A DNA stretch of 64,000 bases, taken from NCBI GenBank assembly GCA_964252035.1, contig OZ176209.1, one strand, 5' to 3'. This document shows positions 24,584 through 36,185 of this stretch, piece after piece (positions within the stretch are counted from its first letter, which is position 1; each line of letters opens with the position of its first letter). Below the pieces are notes generated by a model. That model saw nothing but the letters and a program-made list of their open reading frames with translations, was not told where the DNA came from and did not search any database. The stretch comes from Podarcis erhardii (lineage: Eukaryota). A program made the translations under genes and the position numbers.

Positions 24584-24901
24584 AGACGCAGGGATTTCCT
24601 CCAGCTGATGCTTGATGCCCGAAGCTCTGCTAATGACATCACCGTGGAACATTTTGACACGGTCAGCCAAGCCGATGTTTGCATTCAGGAAAATGAGACA
24701 TCTGCCAGCAAAGCCCGGCCTCAGAAGCAAAATCCAAAAACGTTGAGTGATGATGAAATAGCTGGCCAGGCCTCCTTATTCCTGATCGCTGGCTATGAAA
24801 CCACCAACAGCGCCCTCTCCTTTGCCACTTACCTGTTGGCCACCCATCCTGAGTGCCAGGAAAAGCTGTTACGAGAGGTGGACGAATTCTTTTCAAAACA
24901 T
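24584..24901 (+). CDS. TBXAS1: TBXAS1 internal exon, equivalent to human exon 9 (includes I-helix)
   Basis: ttttgcag|AGA...CAT|gtaagt; 318 nt, phase 0 to 0; RRRDFLQLMLDAR...DEIAGQASLFLIAGYETTNSALSFATYLLATHPECQEKLLREVDEFFSKH; long pre-I-helix insertion typical of CYP5 rather than CYP3A. Confidence 0.96.
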
Positions 24902-26414
24902 GTAAGTAGGCCCCTTGCTTGATTTTTCTGCTTTCATATATAAGGGGTGGGGGTAGGGATGCCTTCAGCCAGAGAGACCAGAATGTACTTGACAGAGTCA
25001 ACTGAAGCAGGTTATCTAAAACAGAAATTACGCACCAGTGTGACATTTAATATAATGCAAAGATTCACGTCAAAAATCAAATGCAGCTCAAAGCCACCTG
25101 TCAAACCAGGGCTGGTATATTCTTATTTCTTTGCATATTTTTTTACATACCTCCCCACTCATCATCACCATCACCACCATCATCATAATCTTTATTGCAC
25201 TAGCCAAAGGCCATGGCATCATTCACAATGGGAACAAAAAGAAAAGCAACAATAACCATAAAAACCATAAAAACATCAGGCACTGCAGATACAATAAACC
25301 ACGATCACATCTCCTAAAAATTATTTGTTTCATACGATATAATAGCAAGGGATTCTCAGGTAGAATGTGCCAGCTTAAATGTCCGAATCACCTTTGCAAT
25401 TGACCGCTATTTTATCTGGTTCTTTTCTCCTGATCTTCTTAGCTGTCAACACATATAGTGCTATTTTATAAGTTACGAAGTCATCAGTATCACTCAGCAG
25501 CCATTTCACCCTTTCCACCCTGTTTGAGTGTGTTCCAGAAATATTTACAAGTAGTAGCATTCATTGTCATTAGGGAAGACTGTAGCATCCACCTTGCATT
25601 GGATCCAGGAAGAGCTGGGAAGGACGCCTGTCTTAAACTCAAGAGGGATGTACTAATATTCTCAGTCTCGGTCAGCTTCCTATGTTCCTGTAGTTCTGGC
25701 AATCACTAAGGCAGGGATCTGGTACTCCATGCTTGTTTCTCTCTGGATTGTCAGTAGCTGTATAGGAATTTCTCCATTATCTCAATATAGAATTCTGTAT
25801 TACATTTAATGGAATTTGAGTAAATATGTATGGTAATCAGTGATATCCAAGGAACCCTCAGAACCCTCCCACTTCTGTTGTGTTCCTCATCAGCTTTGAG
25901 TGTGTCTTGTTAGACCTGTTATGGTCCATCCCCTTCACCTATAATCTCCCATCTTTTCTCCTTCACATCTTTCCCACTGTGGTGTGGATCTATTTGTAAT
26001 AAATATGAGCTCCTTGGTTCTGAAGATTCAGATATGGCATGAATAATTAAAACGGCAAATCAGTGCTATCGGAGACAGTGGTCAGATTTGCAAAGGTTTA
26101 CTGATTCTAAGCAAATAGCATTGCTTATTGAAAAGATCAAAGTACCAAAACTCAAATGGCACTTGAATGAAGTGCAACGCAATATGCATGGGAAAGGTAG
26201 CAGTTGTACTTGCAAGACGTATCAGTAAGTTGGGCATATTAATTAGTCTACTGGTCTTTTATAAGCCTTTCAAGAGTGTGCAGTCTAGAGTAGGGATGGG
26301 GAATCATTTTGAGCCCAAGGGCCACACTCTCTTCTGGCAGCCTTCAGGGGGCCACATACCAATGATGGGCAGGGCCAGGAGAAAACATGTGAATTTTACC
26401 TTTATACAGTAGTC

Positions 26415-26668
26415 CAGGAGTCAGCAAACCTTTTCAGCAGGGGGCTGGTCCCCTGTCCCTCAGACCTTGTGGAGGGCCGGACTATATTTTGAAGAAAAAA
26501 CAACAACAGCAAATTCCTATGCCCCACAAATAACCCAGAGATGCATTTTAAATAAAAGGGCACATTCTACTCGTGTAGAAATATGCTGATTCCCGGGTTG
26601 TTCGCGGGCCGGATTTAGAAGGCGATTGGGCCAGATCCAGCCCCCGGGCCTTAGTTTGCCTACCCATG
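26415..26668 (-). mobile_element. hAT (Charlie-like) MITE, same family as 19015-19259, inverted
   Basis: 8-bp TSD CAGTAGTC (26407-26414, 26669-26676); body is the reverse complement of the 19015 copy. Confidence 0.85.
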
Positions 26669-28400
26669 CAGTAGTCTATAGTTTCTTCTTCATATGCACA
26701 CACACTTCTCTGTCCTTCATCCAAGTAAGCAAGAAGCATTATCAGTATTCAAGAAGACGTTATGTCCAGGCAACCCCCCCCCCAAAAAAAACCCCACAAA
26801 GAGAGTGCAAAACAGGAGCAGCAGAGCGTATGCCCCTGCGCACAGGGGCAGGCGGGAGGGAGCCTCCTGCAGCCCTGGGATAGGCCACAAGAAAGCTGCC
26901 TCCCTGTGTGCTGCAGCCCAGCTGGGGAGCATGGGTGGCAACATTGCTGCTGACTCTCTTTTCTCTGCCCCGTGTCAGGCTCTTACTTTGACATCCTGGT
27001 ACTAGAATGGTAGCTTTCACAACACCTGAGGGCCACAAGCTATCTTAATGTGCACAAACCAGCTCTGTCCTCTCAGAGAAAGGATTGGCTGGGTGGCTCA
27101 TGAGGAATGACAGGGAGGGTCTGCCACCCACCATATGCCCAGCATCAGTGGCCTTATTCTTCCTGAGGGTGGCGCCAGTCCTGAGTACAACACAGGTGTT
27201 GATTTTCAGAGTAAACGCCTTAAAGAAGAGTTCTTTCCCATCCACAGAGTTTCCAGACAACTTGCGAGAGGCAGAAGGATTTATTTTGGTGCATCTGCTC
27301 ACGTAATCAAATACTTTATATTTTAAACTGTTTTTATGGAATCAATCCCCTTAGCCCCAGACGCTGCTTTCTCTGAGCATTAGAGAAAATGGAAGTGATA
27401 GTTGCAGAGACACTGCTGTCAAGGAACTACCCACAACAATTTGCATGTATTTGGTGCCTTTCATGCAGTCTCTCAAGGCACTTTACACTCAGAAGCTGGC
27501 AACTACAGATGCTAAGCTTTGCCGAGCAAATATGCTGACGGAGAAAGCTTGCATTTATCAAGAGAGACTGCAGCGTAAATAGACTTTGGAAGAATAATTC
27601 CACAGGTGAAAGATGCTATTGCACATGAATCCTATGTGCCCACACGCACATACTGAAAACAAGCACTGCCAATGGAAATCATTTTGCTGTCAATGCTGTC
27701 ACAAAGCAAAACAAAGACTAAGGCACTTTGATTTCTCTATTTGTGCAGAGGAAGTACACTTCAGAGCTGCTGGTATCAGTAAGAAGTTCTGTGACTTAAA
27801 AACAAAACAATCCTTTTACGGGATAAATAAATGCTGATCTCTCCTTTCCTAGTGAGATCACTGGATAGCAGCATTTAAATATTTGTCTGCATCACTTGGA
27901 AAGTTTACATTTCAAGGTGAAGACAGCTGGAACAGGAGAAGAAAAATATCTAGCCCTAGTAACCCTCTAGTCTTATTGGCAGTAGGGAAGTATATTCTGT
28001 CTGTTGAGATGAATAGAAGCCTCAAAAGATCGTTTTTGACTGACAGATATTCCTAGTATCACCTTCTCTTCACCTTGCACAGTTGTACACTTGCTGTAGT
28101 ATTTTCTCTTTCCAGTACTATCCAAATACATTCCCTCCCATTCCTCAGAGTAAGAGGCGCCTGTGAAATTGGTAATGCTTCTTTCAATAAAATGTATGCT
28201 CATTATCAAAGAAATTGAGACAGGGAGAGTATTGCTAAATACACATTAGTAGACTGATTCTATGCATATTTCTGCAGAAGTATATCTCACTGTTTTCAGT
28301 GGTACTTAGTTTTCTTCAATATCAGTACAATTATCTCAGATTTTTAGGAAAATATATATTTTATGAACTGGGATATTGTATTCCCTTCTTTCTGAAGTGA

Positions 28401-28763
28401 GGGGACACGGGTGGCGCTGTGGGTTAAACCACAGAGCCTAGGACTTGCCGATCAGAAGGTCAGTGGTTCGAATCCCCGTGACAGGGTGAGCTCCCGTTGC
28501 TCAGTCCCTGCTCCTGCCAACCTAGCAGTTTGAAAGCATGTCAAAGTGCAAGTAGATAAATAGGTACCGCTCCAGCAGGAAGGTAAACAGTGTTTCTGTG
28601 TGCTGCTCTGGTTCGCCAGAAGCGGCTTAGTCATGCTGGCCACATGACCCGGAATTTGTACGCCGGCTCCCTTGGCCAATAAAGCGAGATGAGCAACACA
28701 ATCCCAGAGTCAGCCACGACTGGACCTAATGGTCAGGGGTCCCTTTACCTTTACTTTTACCTT
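28401..28763 (+). mobile_element. Sauria SINE
   Basis: ggggacacgggtggcgctgtgggttaaacc...cctttacctttac tail; flanking repeat (t)TGAAGTGA. Confidence 0.87.
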
Positions 28764-29506
28764 TTTGAAGTGATCAAATGTCTTTTTTTCAGACATGTTT
28801 GGTTGTCAATGGAATCTTGGACTACATGAATTAAAATTTTAAACTTTCCTGATGGTACAGAACAACTTTTGAGTTACCCATTTTAGCATGATAAATACTA
28901 ATGCCCTGTTTTCAGATTTTTGTAGTAGTCATGGTTCTTCAGCTTTCCAAGTCATGTAGATGTAGTGTGACATTGTTGATACCCAAATGAGTTAGTGAGC
29001 AAATTAATCTGCCAGCCAGAAGCAAGCATTTTGACTTAAATGGTATAACATTAAAGAACCAATCATTCTCTGGCAAGAGAACTCAGTAGGATTGCGCAAC
29101 ACTACTTGGCATAAACATTGGAAAGCAAGGAGCATGTTGTACAAGGTGACTGCTTAGTTTGAATATTATTCTTCATGTAAGAGAAAGTCCCTCTAATTCC
29201 CCCCCCATCACCACCACAGCCCCATTAATCATCCAGTTCCTTGGGGAGGAAGAGTGCTCTTCAGCTGTGGCAGTGCAGTCTGTTTTGTGTATTACCATCA
29301 ATTCCTCTTATTTTAAGATGTCATCTTATAGGAAAAGATGGAGTAAAAAATCATTACAAGTAGCTCCTTTCCTGGCAAACATACTCGTGGGCATTTGAGA
29401 CTTAAGAAAAACAGGTGTCTTCTCTTGAGTTGACTCATTCTTTTTTTTTTTTTAAGGGATGATAACACATTCCTCCATTCATGTGTGTGAGAGAGTATGC
29501 AAGAGT

Positions 29507-29537
29507 AAGAAAAGAAAAGAAAAGAAAAGAAAAGAAA
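29507..29537. repeat. (GAAAA)n microsatellite
   Basis: Directly visible. Confidence 0.9.
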
Positions 29538-30224
29538 TTTACTCTCTAACTTAAAAAATCAACTGCTAAATTATGCACATTCTACTTCTAAGATCTGAAT
29601 GCTGATGAGTTGAGAATGCTTGTCTAATTTATTAAGAAATATTAAATCCCCAGGAGCGATCGGTGATGGAATTAAACTCCTATTTAATGTTGTTGTAGCT
29701 TAAAAAATGATCTGAGTTGTTATGAGTGTTGGGTCAGAATGGAATTTTACCTCCAGGAATGTACATAAATTAGGGGAGCATTAATGGAAATCAACCAATC
29801 CCATTTATTTGTCCATAATTGTGCAGAATGAAAACTGAATGACCAGATGCCAGAAAGCTTGATAGCTCATTTACATTTGATGGTTATGTAAAGCATAACT
29901 TTACCTTTAGTGAAGTGAATTTCTTTCTTTTTTTCATTTTCTTCTGTGCCCCATCCTCTCTGGCTGATGATGCTTACATACTTGAATTGTGAGTGTGTGT
30001 CTTAATAGTTTTATCCATCCAATAATACAAAGCAGCAGGAAGCATTTGTAATGCATGTTCCATCTAAAACGCTGCATAGAAAATAATTATGCTTCAATGT
30101 TGGGGGTTTCTTTTTATTTGGGAAGGATGTCATTTGCATGTGGATACCTCAAATCCAAAAGGATTATGAACCATCAGAAAAGGGATTGAAAATAAAACTG
30201 CCAATGCCATTATGCCCATTGTGA

Positions 30225-30945
30225 CATTCTACAAGTCTGTAATATAACGCCTATTGTGCCTTAACAGAAATCTATGGTGTGACCACACTTGGCATATTGT
30301 GTGCAGTTCTAGTTGTGCAACATCAAAAAGGCTATTGTAGAACTGTGAAAAGTGCAGAGAAGGGAAATCAAAATTATCATACGGGTTAGGTTGGAAACCC
30401 CCCATGAGTTTCACTTTTGAAGAAAGGCAAGAAACGTTTATACGCCATGATAGAACTGTAAAAAATTATGTGCTTTGTGGGGGGAAATAGATGGATATGT
30501 TTTTCTCTCATTTTCATAATACTAGAACCTGGGGTCATCCAAAGGAAGTGCTTTAGGATGGACAAAATGAAGTATTTAGTTACACAGTATATAGTAAAGC
30601 TATGGAATTTGCTGCCACAAGGTTTAGAGTTGGGCGTCAATATAACAGAGGTGCCAACTTGAATAAAATATGGGGGGACAGGTAAGTCCCACCCCACATA
30701 ATCACAAGATGTGGCATACACACATCATTTGAATGGCAATGCCCATCAACCTAGGGGATCAGCCCCCTCAAACATTTTATTGGGGGGCCGAAGGGACCTC
30801 AGTCCCCTAGGAGTTGCCTCCTATGAACATGGATGGCTAAGAGGCGTTTATACAGATTTATGGAGGAAAAGACTGCTTGTCATGGTAATTGTCTACTACT
30901 TCCAGGATTTGAGACAGTACACTCTTGACAACTAGTTGCTGGGGA
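30225..30945 (+). mobile_element. CR1 LINE 3' fragment (interrupted by a hAT MITE)
   Basis: Degenerate S-M-VRPHLEYCVQFW (aatctatggtgtgaccacacttggcatattgtgtgcagttc) and FRMDKMKYLVTQYIVKLWNLLPQ motifs. Confidence 0.8.
30646..30825. mobile_element. hAT MITE inserted in a CR1 fragment
   Basis: Sequence matches 51404-51597; interrupts CR1 3' coding sequence. Confidence 0.7.
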
Positions 30946-31139
30946 ACAACACAGGTCTCAATACTGATCCTTGGGAGATTCCACTATTTACAGCCCTTCA
31001 GTGTGAGAACTGTTCACTTAGTCCTACTGTCCGCTTCCCATTCTTTTGATAGTTACTGATCCCAGGGCTGCTAAGTTTACTTATGAATCGTTAGTGAGGG
31101 AACTGTTTGAAAGCCTAAGTGCACAATGTCTGCTGGATC

Positions 31140-31450
31140 ATCCTATCTCAGGCAGATGAGGGCTTGGTGGTGTTACTGCCACTAGGTTGGCAGGACCTGT
31201 GAGAGGACCTTCTCAGTCTTGGTTCCCTGTTTGTGGTATGCCCTCCTTGGTAAGGTGCATCAGTCTCTCTCATTGACCTTCAGGATTAATTTAAAAACAT
31301 TCCTGTTCACACAGGCATTTAACGACTGAAAGATACTGTCCCTGGCAAGCCTGAAACCATTGGCTGACACATGTGGCTGTTTTTAACATGTTTAAGAAAG
31401 TTTTTAATTGCCCTGGGCTGCTTTGGGAGCAAGTGTGGGATTTAAATAAA
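31140..31450 (+). mobile_element. Degenerate L2 3' fragment
   Basis: gagaggaccttctcagtcttggttccc..aaaacattcctgttcacacaggcattt, then 3'UTR ending taaataaaataataat. Confidence 0.6.
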
Positions 31451-31916
31451 ATAATAATATTCATATGCTCATTGACACTCTCAAAGAATTCTAAAAGCAA
31501 CACCTACCCTTGCAGAAGCCATATTGGTTCTCCTTCATCAAAACTTGTCCTTTAAAGATATATTCATACATAGCCACCTGTTTACTTGGTGACTATACAA
31601 AAAATCTTGGAAATGAAACCATGCATAGGATTTTCCTGTGGTCAGCACACCCTCAGATAGTGAGGAGTGCCTAAGTTCTTGATGTGCCTATTAGCAGTAC
31701 ATTTCCTTGAATCTGACAACCTTTTTCCTGATTCCATAGTCCTGCTCAATCCACTTCCTGCTCCTCTCTCCACACTTGTCACACCCATCTGTACTGTCTC
31801 TGGCTTTATCCTGCCACCCAGACCAGCCATTTTGCCTTGTGCTTCAGTTAGATGACTTGTCCCAATGCTTTGTCAAGCGCAGGAGACATTAGATGCGAAT
31901 GATGTATATGTAAATC

Positions 31917-32051
31917 TGGGGGTGGCTAATCTGTGGCCCTCCAGATGTTGCTGAACCACAGCTCCCATCATCCTGACCAGTGGCCATGCTGGTTGGGGCT
32001 GATAGCATCTGGAAACCAACAACATCTGGGGTGGCATAAGTTAGCCACCCC
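31917..32051. mobile_element. Short MITE-like repeat
   Basis: TIR ggggtggctaa / ttagccacccc; core ccagatgttgctgaaccacagctcccatc, with similar cores near 8070-8125, 33090-33220 and 62600-62700. Confidence 0.6.
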
Positions 32052-32208
32052 AACCCATTTGCTATAGAAGCGAAGTTATTTTTTTTCAGTTGGATCCTTC
32101 TGTATAAATGATCTGCTGTGTGATAAAGATGGTCTGCAAGCAGGAGGCATGCTTCTAATAGCTTGATTTAAGTAAATGGTGTAGTTAATCTTAGGGTGTT
32201 ATTCCAAC

Positions 32209-32469
32209 TCAGTGGGGATTTAGTTCTATGGTTACTCCAGAGCAATGTAAAAGCCTGTGTTGAAATATGTTAACATTATGGTGGGTTCCAAGGAGAGCGT
32301 TTCTTTTTTTAGAAGAGCTACTGCTGAATAAAAGATTAATTTTGTTTTCCCCTCCTTGATGTGAGAGAATAACTATATAAGATGGATTTGGTAAACGTAC
32401 TTCTTTTGACTCGATACTTTTCTCATCTCTAATTAGCAAACTCAAGCTTGCTTCTTTGGCAGATCGTAG
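32209..32469 (-). CDS. Hypothetical nested antisense gene, candidate terminal exon
   Basis: Strong acceptor ttctcccccccttccttttctacacag|CTA, phase 0; 86 open codons to TGA. Confidence 0.22.
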   Translation of the reverse strand, partial: LRSAKEASLSLLIRDEKSIESKEVRLPNPSYIVILSHQGGENKINLLFSSSSSKKRNALLGTHHNVNIFQHRLLHCSGVTIELNPH

Positions 32470-32719
32470 CTGTGTAGAAAAGGAAGGGGGGGAGAATGTT
32501 AAAAACAAAAACCTGTAGAGCTGGAATAATTAGGCAATTGATCATGGGGGTAATTGGACTTTTACAAAGCAACATTGTTTTCCACATGTTTTTATTTCTC
32601 CTCATTGGGAGTGGAAAACACAGCTGCATTGATCAGGAGGAACCTCTGGTGTTTTTCTACAATATCCAGTAGCCCTGTTCCAAGTGAATAGATTGTGAAT
32701 AGAGTCAACATCACCTTTC

Positions 32720-33075
32720 TTTTCTATACGGGTTCTTTGCCTGTGCAGATCAACATTTGGATCTTCACATAGCACATACTATAGAACTTGGTCTCACAAG
32801 ACACAGTGACAGTCACCAACTTGGATGGCTTTAAAAGAAGCTTAGATAAATTGTTGGAAGACGAGGCTTTCAGCTGGCTACTAACCACAATGGCAAAGTT
32901 CTCCCTCCCTCCACTGTCAGAAGCATCATGCTTCTGAATGCCAGTTGCTGGGAAATGCATATAGGGAGACTGCTGCTGTGCTCATGTCTGGTTTGCAGGC
33001 TTCCCACAGGCACCTGCTGGCCACTGTGAAAACAGGATGCTGGGCCAGATGAGCCTGATTCAGCTTAGGCTCGTC
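32720..33075 (+). mobile_element. CR1 3' end and 3'UTR
   Basis: caccaacttggatggctttaaaagaagcttagataaatt..ggccactgtgaaaacaggatgctgggccagatg. Confidence 0.75.
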
Positions 33076-33323
33076 TTTATTTTCTAGAGCTGGGCTAGGT
33101 AACCAGTGGCCTTCTAGATGTTGTAGGACTCAGCTCCCATCAGCCCAACCCCAACTCCAGTGATGATGGAAGTTGTAGACCAGCAGTATCTGGAGGGCCA
33201 CAGGATCCCCCATCACTGATCTAGATATAGGAAATGGGGAGGGGATTGTTGGGAGGCCTGTTCTGAGACCTCAGGGCATACGCTCGAATAAGTTTAGCAT
33301 CCTGCCCACAGCAATTTACAATA

Positions 33324-33562
33324 CAGTGGTACCTCAGGTTAAGTACTTAATTCGTTCTGGAGGTCTGTACTTAACCTGAAACTGTTCTTAACCTGAAGCA
33401 CTTTAGCTAATGGGGCCTCCCGCTGCTGCCGCGCCGCTGGAGCACAATTTCTGTTCTCATCCTGAAGCAAAGTTCTTAAGCTCAAGCACTATTTCTGGGT
33501 TAGCAGAGTCTGTAACCTGAAGCGTATGTAACCTGAAGCATATGTAACCTGAGGTACCACTG
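33324..33562 (-). mobile_element. Tigger-like MITE (~240-bp family)
   Basis: Same TIRs and TA TSD; body in the opposite orientation to the 19993 copy. Confidence 0.88.
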
Positions 33563-33844
33563 TAAAGCAGTAAAAATGCAATAATTTACACAATCTATTT
33601 AAAATATATTAATTAGAATAGCAGAAAGCAACATCATGAGCTGACTAAAACCGACATTGCCTATGTAAATAGTTTATTTACCTTAGAGCGGAAAAGCAGA
33701 AGAGTTGTTACAGGTGAGCCTGGCTGGGGACAGATATAGGATGCCATCCCTGGAAAATTTCCTTTTTCTGACACCATTTGCCTCACCTGTGTAGCTGGGA
33801 TACACAGAGAAGGCCTCCTTGGGTGACCTCAGTGTTCGGGCAAG

Positions 33845-34500
33845 TTTTTTTAAAAAAAATAGTTTTTATTAAGTTTATTTGTAGTTTTTTGTCCTACAAA
33901 GCAAACAGATAAACATGAAAAGGTACATCTATTGTCTCCACATGGGATTCATAGTGTTTTTCACAGTTTGTTTACATTTTGTGAGAGACACTTTTGCCAT
34001 AGACCTCTTGCAGTTGGAAGGGGGGAGAGAGATGGAGATACTGTTATTTTGTTCTATTGCTTCTTATTAGTGTAGGGTGTGTGTGTCAGCATTACATGGG
34101 TAGGTCCTTTGTTGATTGATTGATTGATTGATTGATTGATTAATGTTGTGAGAGGTTAGGGCTTCCCGAGCTTGGTTGGTTGTGTTCAGTTGATTGCAGT
34201 GTGACTTATTTGTGTGAGGGAGAGTGAGCTAGGTTGTTGGGTCAGGTCATTTGTATTGATTTGTATGCTGTTGGAGGGGATAGGTCTGCATATGTAATAA
34301 AAGGGAACCACACTGGGGTGAAGGAGTCTTATATACAGCATGTCCCCGTGCTAGTTTGAGTTTGTTGGTTAACTTTAGGGGCACAAGTTCATTTAGAAGT
34401 AGGCAGTCTAGATTTTTATTCACCACTATAAATCTGCCGCTGTGTTCCAAAAGAATGATTGCTAGGAGGTAGCACACAACTAGCTGAGATTCTTATGTTA
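33845..34500 (-). mobile_element. Degenerate L1/Tx1-like 3' fragment
   Basis: Minus-strand LKLTNKLKLARG resembles squamate L1 ORF2 C-termini; T-rich end near 33845-33870; internal (ATTG)n. Confidence 0.4.
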
Positions 34501-34803
34501 ATTTCTTAAACTTCAGAAGGGCCCAGAGCGCTGCCCTTCCAAAAGATTAAAAGCCAAAAAGAATTAATGATCATCTTACTTCTCCATGCTGCACCAATTT
34601 TTGTTAAGGATAAGAGTGAGCACTTGCTAGTAGGTGAGACCCAAACTAATCTAAAGTCTGTTGCCTGATATGTGACTTCTTTATATCCATGTGAGCAGAT
34701 TGCCCACATAAATGTTTTCACAAATAAATATTTCCATTAATTTGAAATGCTGAACATGGGGCAGCATTCCCTTTTTGTCTTGTCAAAGTTCCAGTGATCT
34801 TAC

Positions 34804-34946
34804 CATTCTCTGCAGAAAATATGTTTTCCTTGATTTAGCTAGCCTCACTTTGAAAGGTTTGTGTGGAGGGGAGCCCTTCTTTATTATGGAAACAATATTT
34901 TTTTTATCACACTTCATCTTCTCCTTTCTCCAAAACGAATAGCTTA
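34804..34946 (-). CDS. Hypothetical nested antisense gene, candidate exon 3
   Basis: catacattag|TA...ATG|gtaaga; 143 nt, phase 1 to 0; VSYSFWRKEKMKCDKKNIVSIIKKGSPPHKPFKVRLAKSRKTYFLQRM. Confidence 0.18.
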
Positions 34947-36100
34947 CTAATGTATGATGATAATTGTGCAGAAAGCCTGTTACAGTCACACTACAGTGTC
35001 ACTACAAACTGACTGGGAAATTGGTGCCTTGAGTTTGAAATTACATGTTGCATTTACTAGGCATCATTTCAGATTAGTTCTACCTGTATCCTGGGCAGCT
35101 TACAAGGTGCTACATTGGTGAGTCAGGGAATGGAGCCTTCCACACCTTAGAAGCTGAGGCAGAAAATACAATTAAGGAACAAGTTAAAAATAATAATGAT
35201 GAAACAACCAAGAAGCAGTTCTTTGAGCTTTGAATTTAGATGTGTAATCTGATGCTAGTGTCACTGTGGCATAGGGCTTATGTGCATTTTGTATTACAGT
35301 ATATAATTTTCAGGATGTTTGGGAAGATGATGTAAGGGATCTAATAAACCAGACACTGTATATCTATGGGAGAAGGCAATATCTGTTTGTTGGACTACTT
35401 AGATGTGCAGGGCCTGCAGCTGATAGAGTGGGTTCCCAACCAATCTCTTTAGTCTCCAGTGACTGTGGTCCACATTGCATAACACACTAAGTCAAACCAT
35501 GGCTTAGTACAAACACGCAAGATTGTAGGCTCCCAGAGAAGAGTTCCTAGCTGCTTCTCTCCTCCCTGCTTGTTTTGCTGATGTGTCATGCTGAGCTAAG
35601 CCAAGCCATAGCTTTAGTGTGTTGTCTGAATTATGTCTCTGTAGCAATACAGCTCTTGGAAGTAAAAAAACACTACCCTTCTTAAATCATCAAGAACTAC
35701 TTTGCAACAGAGTCATTGGAAACTTAAGAGAAAGATGGGATGTGTTTGAGAGTTTCCCTGAAAAAGAGCCTCATATGAAATACATTGATCCTAATAAAGT
35801 ACACTTCTGTGCATCTAAAGGTTTTCTCTCCTCTTTTTCCAGAGAAAAGAAGGTACTTTTCCTCCTACAGGTGATAAGAATTACATTTTCACCTCTTTTC
35901 TTAAATCCTGCCATTTTGATTGGATTCTAATTGCATGTTTCCAACCTTTAAGTATCAGTTCTAAACTGTAAGGCATTTCCCACACACTTTTCTAATGCTT
36001 AGCATGTTTCTCCATGAATAGTAAGTTGGATGTAGTTCAAGAGCAGATGATGGGGTCCTGGCTGTTTTCACAGAGGTTGCCTTCAGAGAAAGACATTTAC

Positions 36101-36185
36101 CTTTTGGCAAAGCAGTAATTACCCCTTCATGGTCCACAGACAGGACCTGATTATTCATGAGGATTTGTTTATCTGTTGCTTCAGT
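36101..36185 (-). CDS. Hypothetical nested antisense gene, candidate exon 2
   Basis: tatcatcag|ACT...AAAG|gtaaat; 85 nt, phase 0 to 1; TEATDKQILMNNQVLSVDHEGVITALPK; weak polypyrimidine tract. Confidence 0.18.

Noticed and set aside
27045-27326. Protein-like ORFs in three frames (85, 73, 63 aa)
   Set aside because: No recognisable family and no convincing flanking splice sites
27389-27420. MEVIVAETL as possible TBXAS1 exon 10
   Set aside because: Lacks LPYLD upstream and RMYPPAF downstream; no suitable acceptor or donor
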